A DNA stretch of 27,685 nucleotides from a virus (Duplodnaviria > Caudoviricetes), in the IMG/VR virus record IMGVR_UViG_3300032281_000351, positions 1 to 27,685 of that record, one strand, 5' to 3'. Both the position numbers and the translations under genes were made by a program. Shown here one piece after another: positions 8,231-19,200 of the stretch (position 1 is its first letter; every line of letters begins with the position of its first letter). The notes under the pieces were generated by a model, which was given only the letters and a program-made list of their open reading frames with translations, searched no databases and was not told the DNA's origin.

Positions 8231-11200
8231 TAGACTACCTCACTTAAAAATAATGTCATATCTGGACCATCTGGCCCTCTAGAAAAATCAATATTGTACA
8301 CGACAAACCTATTTGCTGAATTTGATGCCATACTTATTTCGTTTTCCTTGTAGTCTAGAGTAACAATATCTCCAAGTTGAATTGTCGGTATTGAAAATAT
8401 TTTAACACCTAAAGATCTTCTAGGTTTTGAGGTTTTTTCAATCATCCATTTCATTAGGTTTGATGCTTCATCTTGTGACTGAATGTATGGTGTATCTAAA
8501 GCAAAATCTTTTCTACCGTAGTTCATTCTGCTAAACTTTATGTCTTGATAGTCTTGCTTAAATTTAAATGGATTAGAGATTAACTTATCTGCAACAAACT
8601 GAGGGTTTGATTCAAGACTATTTTTATTAAAGTATTCATCAACTGTTATGCTGTTGTTAGACTCTTGTGTAAAGGTTACGCCTTGTATTCTTAAATAGTT
8701 TCCGCCTGTTTCATCTAAGTTAAGTGCTGTATCTGTTGCATTAAATATTAAAAACTCTGCGCCATAAGAACCTGCCTTAAATCCAGAAACAACATATCCC
8801 TTTAGATTGTTGAATGTAGGAGAAATTTGTGCAGTTAGTGCTGGAAAGGCTTTATCATATTTGATATTAAATGCTGCCACCTCTCTCATAATGCTTCCAA
8901 ACTCTTCAAAGTATATGCTATATCTTGGAGCCTCTGAGGATCCAATTCCAGAAAGATATGTTTCTTGTACTGCACCGCTTAATGCATACTTTCTAAATGA
9001 CTCGCTGGCATTTATTTCTCTATCTCCAAAAACTGAATTTACTGGAACATCTAAAGAAAATGCTGTGTTCTGAGAATAGTTGTTTGACAAAGCATAAACA
9101 TTTTCAAACATTGCTCTTGAAGACCCTCTTGTGAATATGGCCATGCTTGAGTATACTGGTAGAGGATCAGTATCATCTACTGTCTTTATTAGTTTACCGT
9201 TTATGTATAAATAAAATCTTCTTGTTTTTCCTATGTCTTCATACTCAACTGCCAAGTCATACACTGTTGGGTTTTCTTCTGAAAACATTCTAGATTGACC
9301 AGTAAAATTTCCATCGTCTACAGTTATCTTAGCAAGGCCATCATACAAAACAACAGGAATTCCTACACCTTGATTTGATTTCATCTTATAAAAGAAAACA
9401 TTGCTAACTGTTTGTCTGTCTTCTTTTGACAAACCTTCTAGGCCTAGTGCTGCTATTTCAAAGTAATACCCAACATTGGTTGTTGGATTCAGCATAACTG
9501 CTAATCCAGCAGACCCTCCGCTAACATTGATGTTTTTGTCTGGAGTAGAGCCTTTAACAACAAACATATTTAAAGATCCATTTGCCGTTTGACCAGCATC
9601 TTTGCTACTTTCTATTTTACCAATAACTCTTACCCTTGTTCCAAAATGTTTATAGTTTGTATTTGGTAGTGCCTTATAAACATAAGACAAAAAGTTTCTT
9701 GGTCTGTCTTTTGTTGTAAAGTTTGGACCAGTTAAACATAAAGCAGATGACTGCAAGGATCCAGGCCTTGCTTGTGTTGCAGTTGTTATTTCTCCTGCTA
9801 CAACTGTAGACATAAAGTTTTTGATGAGGCCAGTCCTAGAAGATGTTATTGCCAGTGCGTCGGAAGATACGCCAGCATCTGTTGTTTTGCCAGCAGTCCC
9901 TATTGTTGTTGTTGGTACAGTTTTCTTTTCAAAGATATATTCTGAAGCCATGTAGCAACCCTTAACATTGTCATCAGATTTCCAGTAGTTAGATATTCCA
10001 GCAGGGTGTGCAACAATTGCTGTTCCGAATTGTCCTCTTCCGTGCTTTACCACTGGACCGTTTTTTAACTTTATGGTACCAGATATTTCTTCATAGTTTG
10101 GCTCAGAGAATATTCTAACCAATCCAGTAGGGTATATTTTTCCATTAAAAGGCAACTTAGAAAAATAATTTTGGTAATCCTCTAAAGATGTTATCCATAC
10201 ATTTCCAACCCCAGAAACATTAAACTGAACTGCATCATACTTTATAATTTCGCCTTGTGAATAAAAATATCCATTATATCTTGTAATCCAGTAGGCAGCC
10301 TCTCCAAGACTAAAAGTATTATTGACTACAATATTATTTTTTACTTCTGGTGGTAGAGCAGTCAAGTCTGAATTAAGGGGAATGGCACTTAGCACATAGG
10401 AAGACTGATTATTTACTTCATTATTAATTGACTTTGTATTTTCTGTTCCAGCAACTTCCCACAAAAGAACAGGCTTGTATGCATAGATTCTTTCTTCATC
10501 TACTAAACTTGCTTGCCTTATGCTTCCTACAGATCTTTGTATGTGTCTTGTTGTGTAGTTAATGACTCCATCATTATAGACATTGTTTGCTTGTGCTGAT
10601 ACAGAAATTACATTAGAAAGTTTTTTGGGATTAGCCGTTTTATTTTTAATTTCTTTTTCTGTATACAAATCATTTGTTCCTTTAAGTTCAAAGGTTGTCG
10701 GCCTTTGATCTTTTGTTGGCATAAGATAGTCTTTGCTCATCATTACAAAATTATTATATTCATCAAAGAACATTGCTGTTTGAGTTGATACAGCAAGATC
10801 TTCTAGCACTTCCGCAACGCTCTTGTCTGGCCCTACAAAAAAGTATGGGATTATTATTTCTTTTTCATTTGCAACTCGTTTAAATGTGTAATTAGAAAAA
10901 CCTATAGAATCTAATAAAAGAGAAACTGCAGAACTAACAGATACCTCTGTCATAAGAATCTGTGGAGCAGTGACTGACTCTAAATACCAATACATATCTC
11001 TTAAGGAAAGAGATACAGTTTTGCCCATTAGGTCTTGCTTTGGGAATGAGTCTGAATATAGTGTCTTGATTGGAACCCAATAATCCCAACCATCAACATT
11101 AACAATAACTTCATAAAACTTAAACTGAACATGTCTATTTATATATTTTCCGATTATACTGCCCTTGCCAGTAGCAAAAGAAAAAGGATTGTTTTCATTA

Positions 11201-12639
11201 AAGGCTTGGTCATAGTCAAATATATTAATGTTTCCATTAGAAGCAATCAACTGTCCAACTGGCAAACCACTTACCCCAAGATCTGAGGCACTCTTGTTTA
11301 TCGAGTAGTCCAAAGTCTTATCAGATATATTCATAGCAAGTCTTGGAGATATTTCTATAAGGTCAAATGTTGAATCCTTTACGTTCATAGAGTCTACGAC
11401 AATTCTGACCCCAGAAATAAAATCAAACTCTCGATACTGTGTCTTTCCATCTAGAGATCTTAAGAAGTCATTAGGGGTTGTTGCATCTGTAACAAAGTTT
11501 GTTAATCTATTTACTGTGTCTTCTTGTAAGTACCATCCATATTTTGGGGTAAGAATAGTATAATCTATTCCATTCCAAATATAAAACTTTCCAATATCGT
11601 CTTCATTCTGTTTTATAAGGTAGGCATATCCTGTAACAGATTTTTCTGGAAGTAAAGATATGCTTGAGTATACTTCTGCAAATACAAAATTTGATCTCCA
11701 CTCCGTTGGAACTATTAGTCCATAAGAAATCTCAACATACCCATCACTTTTAATAACTGCAGATCCATCTTCTCTTAAGATAGAAGGATTAAAAGATATT
11801 ACATCTTCCCAATTGTTATCTTTTAAAAACTGAATTTTCCATTTGCTTGGAACTTTCTTATTTAAATCTCCGAAGAATGGGTCTGGCTTTGTTCCTGTTG
11901 AGGAAGAAAATGGGCCTAGGTTTTCTGTTCCAATGTGAGTTTGCATTTTAATCACAATCCTATTTGTAGGAATTTTTTCCTTATACACAACAAAGGGACA
12001 TGCATCTTCTATGGAGTTTTGAGATCCTCTTACTTTTGAAGCAATTCCATATTCTGAAATAGTATCAACTTCTCCTACTTTTTCTTTTCCATCTCTATCT
12101 ACAAATATTGGGTCAGATCCATAGCCAACTAAGTTATTGTTATAGGTATATTTGTATGTCACTTCTGATCTGTAGGATGTCCAATATTTAAATTTATCAT
12201 TTTTGTCTGCCATATAGTATCTAGGTCTGTCTGCCATCACCAAGTTAGGGTGATGAAGTTTCCCATTTTCAAAAAACACAGCCTTATTAATTCCAGACCT
12301 AGGTCTAAATTGTTCAAAGCATGACTCCAAAGAGTAAAGGGTTTGTGTTTTTTCTTTTTTAGTTAAAAATTTTGTTGGAACATCATCATTATCAAACTCT
12401 CCATCCAGCATAACATCTGCGTCGGTTGCTCCTGTATAAAAATTTCCAGCATCGTTAATGTCAAAACTTGTAGGCAAAGATGAGTATACTGAGTTAGTTT
12501 GTGTTGGTCTGTATCTGTAGTTTCCAATATGCTTTATATTGGTTGGAGCGTTCATGTTCCATTCTGCTACGATTATTGACTTGTTTCGTACCGTCGAAGA
12601 AGTCTCTAGAAATGTTTGCAGGTCCTTGTCTTCAAACAT
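8230..12639 (-). CDS. large tail-tip or baseplate hub protein
   Basis: 1469 aa, second gene after the TMP. Hub-like segments (SVAEVLEDLAVSTQTAMFFDEYNNFVM; PTIQLGDIVTLDY) and a ConA/LamG-like stretch (YDLAVEY...FYLYINGKLIKTVDD...FENVY). Confidence 0.75.
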   Translation of the reverse strand: MFEDKDLQTFLETSSTVRNKSIIVAEWNMNAPTNIKHIGNYRYRPTQTNSVYSSLPTSFDINDAGNFYTGATDADVMLDGEFDNDDVPTKFLTKKEKTQTLYSLESCFEQFRPRSGINKAVFFENGKLHHPNLVMADRPRYYMADKNDKFKYWTSYRSEVTYKYTYNNNLVGYGSDPIFVDRDGKEKVGEVDTISEYGIASKVRGSQNSIEDACPFVVYKEKIPTNRIVIKMQTHIGTENLGPFSSSTGTKPDPFFGDLNKKVPSKWKIQFLKDNNWEDVISFNPSILREDGSAVIKSDGYVEISYGLIVPTEWRSNFVFAEVYSSISLLPEKSVTGYAYLIKQNEDDIGKFYIWNGIDYTILTPKYGWYLQEDTVNRLTNFVTDATTPNDFLRSLDGKTQYREFDFISGVRIVVDSMNVKDSTFDLIEISPRLAMNISDKTLDYSINKSASDLGVSGLPVGQLIASNGNINIFDYDQAFNENNPFSFATGKGSIIGKYINRHVQFKFYEVIVNVDGWDYWVPIKTLYSDSFPKQDLMGKTVSLSLRDMYWYLESVTAPQILMTEVSVSSAVSLLLDSIGFSNYTFKRVANEKEIIIPYFFVGPDKSVAEVLEDLAVSTQTAMFFDEYNNFVMMSKDYLMPTKDQRPTTFELKGTNDLYTEKEIKNKTANPKKLSNVISVSAQANNVYNDGVINYTTRHIQRSVGSIRQASLVDEERIYAYKPVLLWEVAGTENTKSINNEVNNQSSYVLSAIPLNSDLTALPPEVKNNIVVNNTFSLGEAAYWITRYNGYFYSQGEIIKYDAVQFNVSGVGNVWITSLEDYQNYFSKLPFNGKIYPTGLVRIFSEPNYEEISGTIKLKNGPVVKHGRGQFGTAIVAHPAGISNYWKSDDNVKGCYMASEYIFEKKTVPTTTIGTAGKTTDAGVSSDALAITSSRTGLIKNFMSTVVAGEITTATQARPGSLQSSALCLTGPNFTTKDRPRNFLSYVYKALPNTNYKHFGTRVRVIGKIESSKDAGQTANGSLNMFVVKGSTPDKNINVSGGSAGLAVMLNPTTNVGYYFEIAALGLEGLSKEDRQTVSNVFFYKMKSNQGVGIPVVLYDGLAKITVDDGNFTGQSRMFSEENPTVYDLAVEYEDIGKTRRFYLYINGKLIKTVDDTDPLPVYSSMAIFTRGSSRAMFENVYALSNNYSQNTAFSLDVPVNSVFGDREINASESFRKYALSGAVQETYLSGIGSSEAPRYSIYFEEFGSIMREVAAFNIKYDKAFPALTAQISPTFNNLKGYVVSGFKAGSYGAEFLIFNATDTALNLDETGGNYLRIQGVTFTQESNNSITVDEYFNKNSLESNPQFVADKLISNPFKFKQDYQDIKFSRMNYGRKDFALDTPYIQSQDEASNLMKWMIEKTSKPRRSLGVKIFSIPTIQLGDIVTLDYKENEISMASNSANRFVVYNIDFSRGPDGPDMTLFLSEVV

Positions 12640-13283
12640 TATACCTCTTCCAGACTTATTGAGACATTCCAGTAATCAAACTTGGTTCCTCTTTTTTCAA
12701 CAGAATATGAAAAGTCACTAATGAACATTTCAATTAGTTGGTTATATTGTCCTAGATGATCATATGGATCTGGAGTTCCTTTAAAAATACCCTTTCTGTC
12801 ATATGCAAGAAATACCCAGAAAGAACCCTTGTGTGAGTCATACCACTCAAGCATATCTGCGCCACCTGCGCCACCGTCAGATGTATAAGATGTGTTTTGA
12901 GAAATTCCAGTAGACAGATTAAAATGCGGAATATTTGAATGAGATCTAGAAGGTATTAAATCCCAACTAGTGCTTAGTTTGAGTTTATCTGCAATGTGGT
13001 ATGACCTCATACGCCCGTTAATCATTCTTTCACGCTTTTCAATTCGTTCTTCTGAGAACTCTAGAGGCTTTCTATTGTCATCCGTAATCAACAAGAACTG
13101 GTTAATTAGAGTCTTATCTTCAACAACCTCTTCATTTATTCCTACCTCATATCCATATGGAATATACAAACCATCTTTAAGTGTTCCAGAGTTTTCAGAC
13201 CATAACATACCACTAGGTCTGTTATATTTTTTACGGCCCTGTATATAGGTTACCCTAGGGTCTATCTCTTCTTCATCGGCCAT
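12639..13283 (-). CDS. distal tail (Dit-like) protein
   Basis: Immediately follows the TMP. ERMINGRMRSY hairpin and the C-terminal WNVSISLEEV strand are typical of Dit-like proteins. Confidence 0.7.
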   Translation of the reverse strand: MADEEEIDPRVTYIQGRKKYNRPSGMLWSENSGTLKDGLYIPYGYEVGINEEVVEDKTLINQFLLITDDNRKPLEFSEERIEKRERMINGRMRSYHIADKLKLSTSWDLIPSRSHSNIPHFNLSTGISQNTSYTSDGGAGGADMLEWYDSHKGSFWVFLAYDRKGIFKGTPDPYDHLGQYNQLIEMFISDFSYSVEKRGTKFDYWNVSISLEEV

Positions 13284-16200
13284 TTAAGGACACTCCTCTA
13301 ATTCTTCTGTCATCAACCTTTTTAATTGTTGACATTACTGCTTGAGCAATCTCATTTGGATTTGCATCTGTCTTAGCATTAACTGTTAAGGTATATGTAT
13401 TATTATACACTGTCCCGCCAAGAGAATCACCATTGTTTATTTTTTTCATGTTGTCTACTCCGTACGAGTCAACAGCATACTTGCTCATTACAAATTCTCC
13501 TGGCGTTAGCATCGCTGGGATTGTATCTGTGCCCTTTGCAAATCCGCCAAGTGCAAACATTTTTGGAATAATTCCACCCTTAGACTTATACACATATTTA
13601 GGAGGAATAAATGTGCTTCCTTGATAAACGCCAGTCCCTGGGACAAGAGTTTTCTTTTTTGTGCTCAGATTAGGGTCTTGAATAAGGTCTGGGATTCCGT
13701 TCTTGTCGACATCGATAATTGGTTTAGGATTTGGCTTTGGAATTAAGTCTGGGAATATGTTTGTATCTCTGACACACTTTCCTTCTCCATTCATTTTCAT
13801 TCCTGCAGGACAAGTTGTTTTTGGTGCTTGAATAAGGTCTGGTATGCCATTCTTGTCGTCATCTTTAAAACTAGGAGTAGCAGGAATGCACTTATCATTT
13901 TTACCCATGACCATTCCTGGTGGGCATGGTTTAGGACCTGGCTTAGGGAATAGGTCTGGGAATATATCAGTGTCTCTAACACACTTGCCTTCCCCATTCA
14001 TTTTCATTCCTGGTGGGCATTGTGTTTTTGGTGCTTGGATAACGTCTGGAGTACCATCTTTGTCTTTATCGGTATAACTAGGAGCAGGAACGCACTTATC
14101 ATTTAGACCCATTACCATTCCTGGTGGGCATGGGCTAGGGTCTGGTTTAGGGTCTGGCTTAGGGTTAGGGTCTGGCTTAGGTTTTGGTGTAGGAGTAGGT
14201 GTTGGAGTAGGCGTTGGTGTTTGTGATGCTCCATCTACTGGTGACTGATATTCTGGCAAAACTGTTTTTCCCTGATAAAGGGATATGAGATCTTTATAAT
14301 ATGTTAAAGCATTTTTCATAGCATCTGTAAACTCTTGCTGACCTATTCTTGCTTCATCAACCTCTTGATTAATCGCTTCCCACTGGGCACGAGTAAGTTC
14401 TCCAACCTTTATTCCATCAATCTGTGCTTTTAATTTAACTTCTTGAAGCCTAATATCCTCCTGATTAGGTTCTATCCTATTTTCTTCTATCTCAAATATT
14501 TCATCTTGTTTATTTTTTATTTCTTCTTCAAGTTGCTTTCTAGTTTTAAATGCACCAAGTTTTGGATCGGTTTTTCCTTGCTTATCAAACCCTTCTACTC
14601 TTGACAATTCATTTTCTCTAGACTTTTCTAATGCATCTCTTTCTTTTACTAAAGCGTCTGCTGCTGCTTGGGCTCTCATTTCTTGTGCTGCTCGTGCTGC
14701 TGCTGCTATGTCTCCAGATGTCAAAGCCTCTGCAAGTGTTAACTGACCCTTTTGTTGTTGATTAATTGCGGCATTTGCTTTTTCAACTTGATCTAATGCT
14801 TCAATTCTTTCATCATACTTATCATTAATTTTTTGCTCTTGATCTTCAATAGCCTTTAGTGCAGCCTCTTTGTCATCAATCAAATACTCTTTATCTGCTA
14901 TTTCATTTTGTGCTTTTTCAATATCCTTGTTTAGTTGATCGGTGTTAGCCCTAAACTTTAATTCAAAACCCTTTTCTTGCACATCAAAAGATTCTTGAAC
15001 CTTTGAATAAACTTCATTATAGGCATCTTCAAATAATGATATGGTACTTAGCAGTTGACCTAATCTTTCATCAAAGTCTGCAGTTATTTTTTTTAAGTCT
15101 TCCATGGCTGCATTAATCTCTGACTCTGGTGCGCCCTTCTTCCTTAATTTTGCTATTTTAGCCTCTGCTGCTGCCTGCTGAATTTCTAATGCTGCTAAAT
15201 TATCATCTGATGAAATCGCAAAAGACACAATTGGGTTTGTAGCATACTTCTTTTTTATTCTTGCTTCTTGAACTCTGTCTTTTTTAAACTGAGCAACATC
15301 TGTTTTAACATTTTGGACTGCTGCTGCTTTTGCCGTCACTACATTTAAAACCTTATATTTAGCAATTAATTTATTAAGTGTCTTTTCGTTTGTTCCGTTA
15401 GCAATTGCTGCTGCTAGAGCCTTATCAGAGATTAACTCATAAGCATCTGCAACTGGCACACCTACCTTAGCAAGTTTATCAAAAGCAAGGCTCTGGTTTT
15501 CAATAGTCTTAAGTTGTGATTCCATGTCAGTGTTCCACTGACCCATGGTAATAGAGTTTAGTGCTTCTTGAATGTTTTGGGCATCTCTCTTTAATGCAAC
15601 AATGTTTCCCTTATTATCAAACTTAAATAGAGAATTTTTCTTCTTTTCATATTCTTTTGGATCCATGCCGACGATTAGTTCAATCATGTTCTCAGATGCG
15701 CCAAGACCTCTTAGGTCATTTTCAATACCGCTAAAGACATCAATGGTTTTCTTACCACCGAATAGGTTGTCCAGCACCTTTCGTGAAGCACTCCATCCTT
15801 CTGTAACCTTAATCTGATTCTGTCTAAGATCTCTTAGTTTCTTTACTAGGTCGTCAAGTGGTGATGACTGAACCTTAGTGCCCGTGCCTGACGTATTTGT
15901 TTTTGCCAACGCTGCTGCTTGTGCTTTTGACTCCTCAGAAACCTTCCATGGCTGGAACTGTCTGTATGCTGCGATTTGCTCTGCTATTGGCTTACCAGCA
16001 AATGAAACTCCATTATAGTTTGCACCATCTTTTTGCCAGTTTAAGAAGTCAGGAGATGCCTGAATTACAGGATCTGGTATATTTACTATTGTTGCAATTT
16101 CTTTAAGGTAGGTAAGTCTTTCTGGTTGAGATAAGTTCTTAAAGTATTCTAAGTCAATTGCACCCATTACATTTTCTGGCAAGAAGTTGGTCATAACGTC

Positions 16201-19200
16201 TAACTCTAACTTACCCTTATTCTTTTCAATGTTATCTATAATTCCCTGAGTTTTTTCTGCTACCTTTGGATTTGCCATGTAGTAGTTTAATACAGCAGTC
16301 ATATCAAACACTCCATTTGTGTTTGCTACTTCAGCAAAAAAGCCTACTAACTTTGAGGCTTCCTCATCAGTTTTTGCTTTAGAAACCTTTGCTATGAACT
16401 CTGTCTGCATTTTTGTATTTGGAGAGCCATCTGAGTTAGTAAACATGCTCATAACCCTTGTTGTCTCATCGCTTGTTCTTGCGCTGAATCGAGTGATAAT
16501 GTCCATGTATTGTTGCTTAACTTCTTTATTATCTCCAAAATTGCTAAACAAAAATACCTGCTGGCTTGGAGTTAGTTCTCCAGTTGACATCTTAACCTTA
16601 ATTAAATATTGTTGCTCTGCTGTTAGACCAGATTCTGCAACTAACATTTTGGCAGCATCTAAATACTGAACTTCATCTGTTCCTTCATATCTTTGAGTAA
16701 GCATCTTGTCTATGCCAGTGTCCATGGCACTTCTTACATTACCCTTTGTAGACCCGTAGTTTGCCATTATGGTCTTACTTATCTCTGCACCCTTTTGTAC
16801 TAGTGCTAACCTGTCGTCATCGTAGTCCTTTTGCATTTCTTTCATTTCTGCAATCTTGCCTTCGACTTCAAGTTCTTTTAATTTTTTCTGATAGTAAAGA
16901 TCTAGAGAGTCTACCATCTCTTGTTGCTGTTCTAATTGTCCTACTTGAGAAGCAACAACTGCACCAGACATTCCTGCTGCTCTTTTGTTTGCTTCTTGTG
17001 AAGACCTATATCCAGAGATTGCACCAAGTGTTCCACCTATACCTGTACCAACTATTGCACCAACGCCAGCGCCAGCAGCAGTTCCTGGTCCTGGAACAAT
17101 ACTTCCAATTACTCCACCGACTGCAGCACCGACTCCAGCACCTACTCCAGCACCCGCTGCTGCTTGACCACCAACATTTACGTTTGGATTAATTGCTCCA
17201 AAAAGTCCAGCACCGTTTAGGAATCCTGACTTCCCTTGCATTTGATTAAACACATCTCCACTTTGTTTTGATTTTTCATTTATTAGATCTACTCTAATCT
17301 TAAGTGGATCTTTTGTTAAGTTCTCTCCATTTGGACCAATGATTTCATTTATGTTTGCTGTTACAGCAAATCCTAAACCGTAGTTTCCAATCTGCTTACC
17401 AAGATTTAATGCTATAGATTTTGCCTGATCCCCAGTTAGTGCACCAGAAAGCACACTGCTCATTAACTGATTAGTTAAGTCTGCTGTCGCTCCCTTTGCA
17501 TCTCCACTCTTAAGTTTAGAATTTGTTGAAGCAAGTAATTCTTTTCCGCCCTTACTCTGTACAAAAGATTCTCCAAATGTTGTTTTTCCAGTTTTAGCGC
17601 CTAGAAGATTAAACTTTTCTTTGCTTCGTCTTTCCATTATTTCTCCAGCAGTAACTGTACCAGCAAACTTGGAGTAGTCTCTCATTGCATCTTTACCAGA
17701 GCCCATAGTCTTTTCTAACTTAATGGCTTCGTTTTGTGCCTTATCAAATTCCATTCTTAGTTTTATTATTGCGCCAACAGCAGCCATGGCAGCAACTGTT
17801 AGTGCTCCAGTGACGCTCCCAAGCATTGGTATTATCATTGAAAGACCCATTAGTGGCATCATTAACTTTTGGAACATTTCTCCAACTTTTCCTGGTATCA
17901 TTGATCCCATCATTGCCACTCCAGATACACCCATAGCAGCACCGCCTATGTTCATTCTTGGTTTTGCTGATCCTGTTGTCTTTGCTGACTTTGCTGCTGC
18001 TTTGTCTGCTTTCTTTTGATTAAGGACTCTAACCTTTTCAAGTGCTTTTGATGCTACAGTTTGTTTTTTAACAGAGTCTGTTGCTCTGTCTAGAACCTTT
18101 CTAAAAACTGAAACTGGTGCTGCAAGTTCTTTAGTCAATCCGATTAAAGGCTTTCCTTGTGTTTGAAGCCGTTCATTTTTTCTTCTAATAGATCTTTGAG
18201 AAGCAGTTGGGGCAACTGTTCCATATGTGCTCAGTGCATTGGCTTGAGCCCGTGGTCTATTTGCTTCATCTCTTGCTGCTTTTGCTTGTGCTTCTGCTGC
18301 TTCTTTTTCTAACTTGCGTTGCACGGATGGATGTAGGATAGTCTCGGCATCTGATTTTCCTGGAATTCTTGATACCTGACGAACTGATTGTGCCTTTTCT
18401 TTTCGCATTGTTCGAGTGTCTTTAGCGCTTTTAGTTTTTGTTCCGCTTTTTCTTCTTTGTGTTTTTGGTTTTGTTATCTTGCCATCTTCATCAACAACAA
18501 CTTCATTAGGCTTTACAGCAATCGACATATGCTTATCGTATAGAGGTCTCCAGTCTTTTACTGCTGCACCCTCATTTACTCTACGAAGAAGGTCTAAGTA
18601 TGCTCCTCTTAGCGGATCGCCTACTGGAATTTTTTGTACAAATGCTTCTGTGTTTGCCTGAATTCTTCTAATTTCTTTTTTCATGTCAGCATCATACTTA
18701 TCTGCAGTATAATTTGGCTTGTTTATATTTTTTTGAGTTTCGTTAGCAAACCAGTTTGGAGAATTTTTTGCTTGTGAGCCTGTAACGCCCTGTAAATTTC
18801 GCTCTGCCATTTCGTACATTGATGGCATATTTTTTGCTAATTCTCTTATTCCTTTTTTACCAGTAGATGTAGCCCTGTCAAATACTCCAGCCGTTCCAAC
18901 ATCTGTTAATCTATTCCCTCCAAGATTTCCCATCTTGAGGTCTTTATCTCCACGAACCGCCGATGCAACAAGTTGCCTAAAGTACTGGTCTCTAGTAAAT
19001 GTCTTTGACATTTTCTTTTCATCAAAATTTTCATTATACTTAGATTCTAATACAATAATTTTTCTTTTTCCTTCTGGGTCTGAAGGATCAATCATAGTAC
19101 TTATCTTTTGCTCTGGAGTATCAAGGCCGTGAACTTCTCTTGCAAAGTCAGTTGCTCTCTTTTCTGCTAGAGCATCTAGTTCGCTCATCATTGGCTTTAC

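Noticed and set aside
13797-13997. Nested minus-strand 66-aa ORF inside the TMP
   Set aside because: It is an alternative-frame by-product of the repeat region with no translation signal.
13672-14130. Tandem repeat considered as a CRISPR array or a DGR template/variable repeat pair
   Set aside because: The units are adjacent, in frame and about 204 nt long with no unique spacers. Differences are not restricted to adenines, and there is no reverse transcriptase or cas gene in the window.
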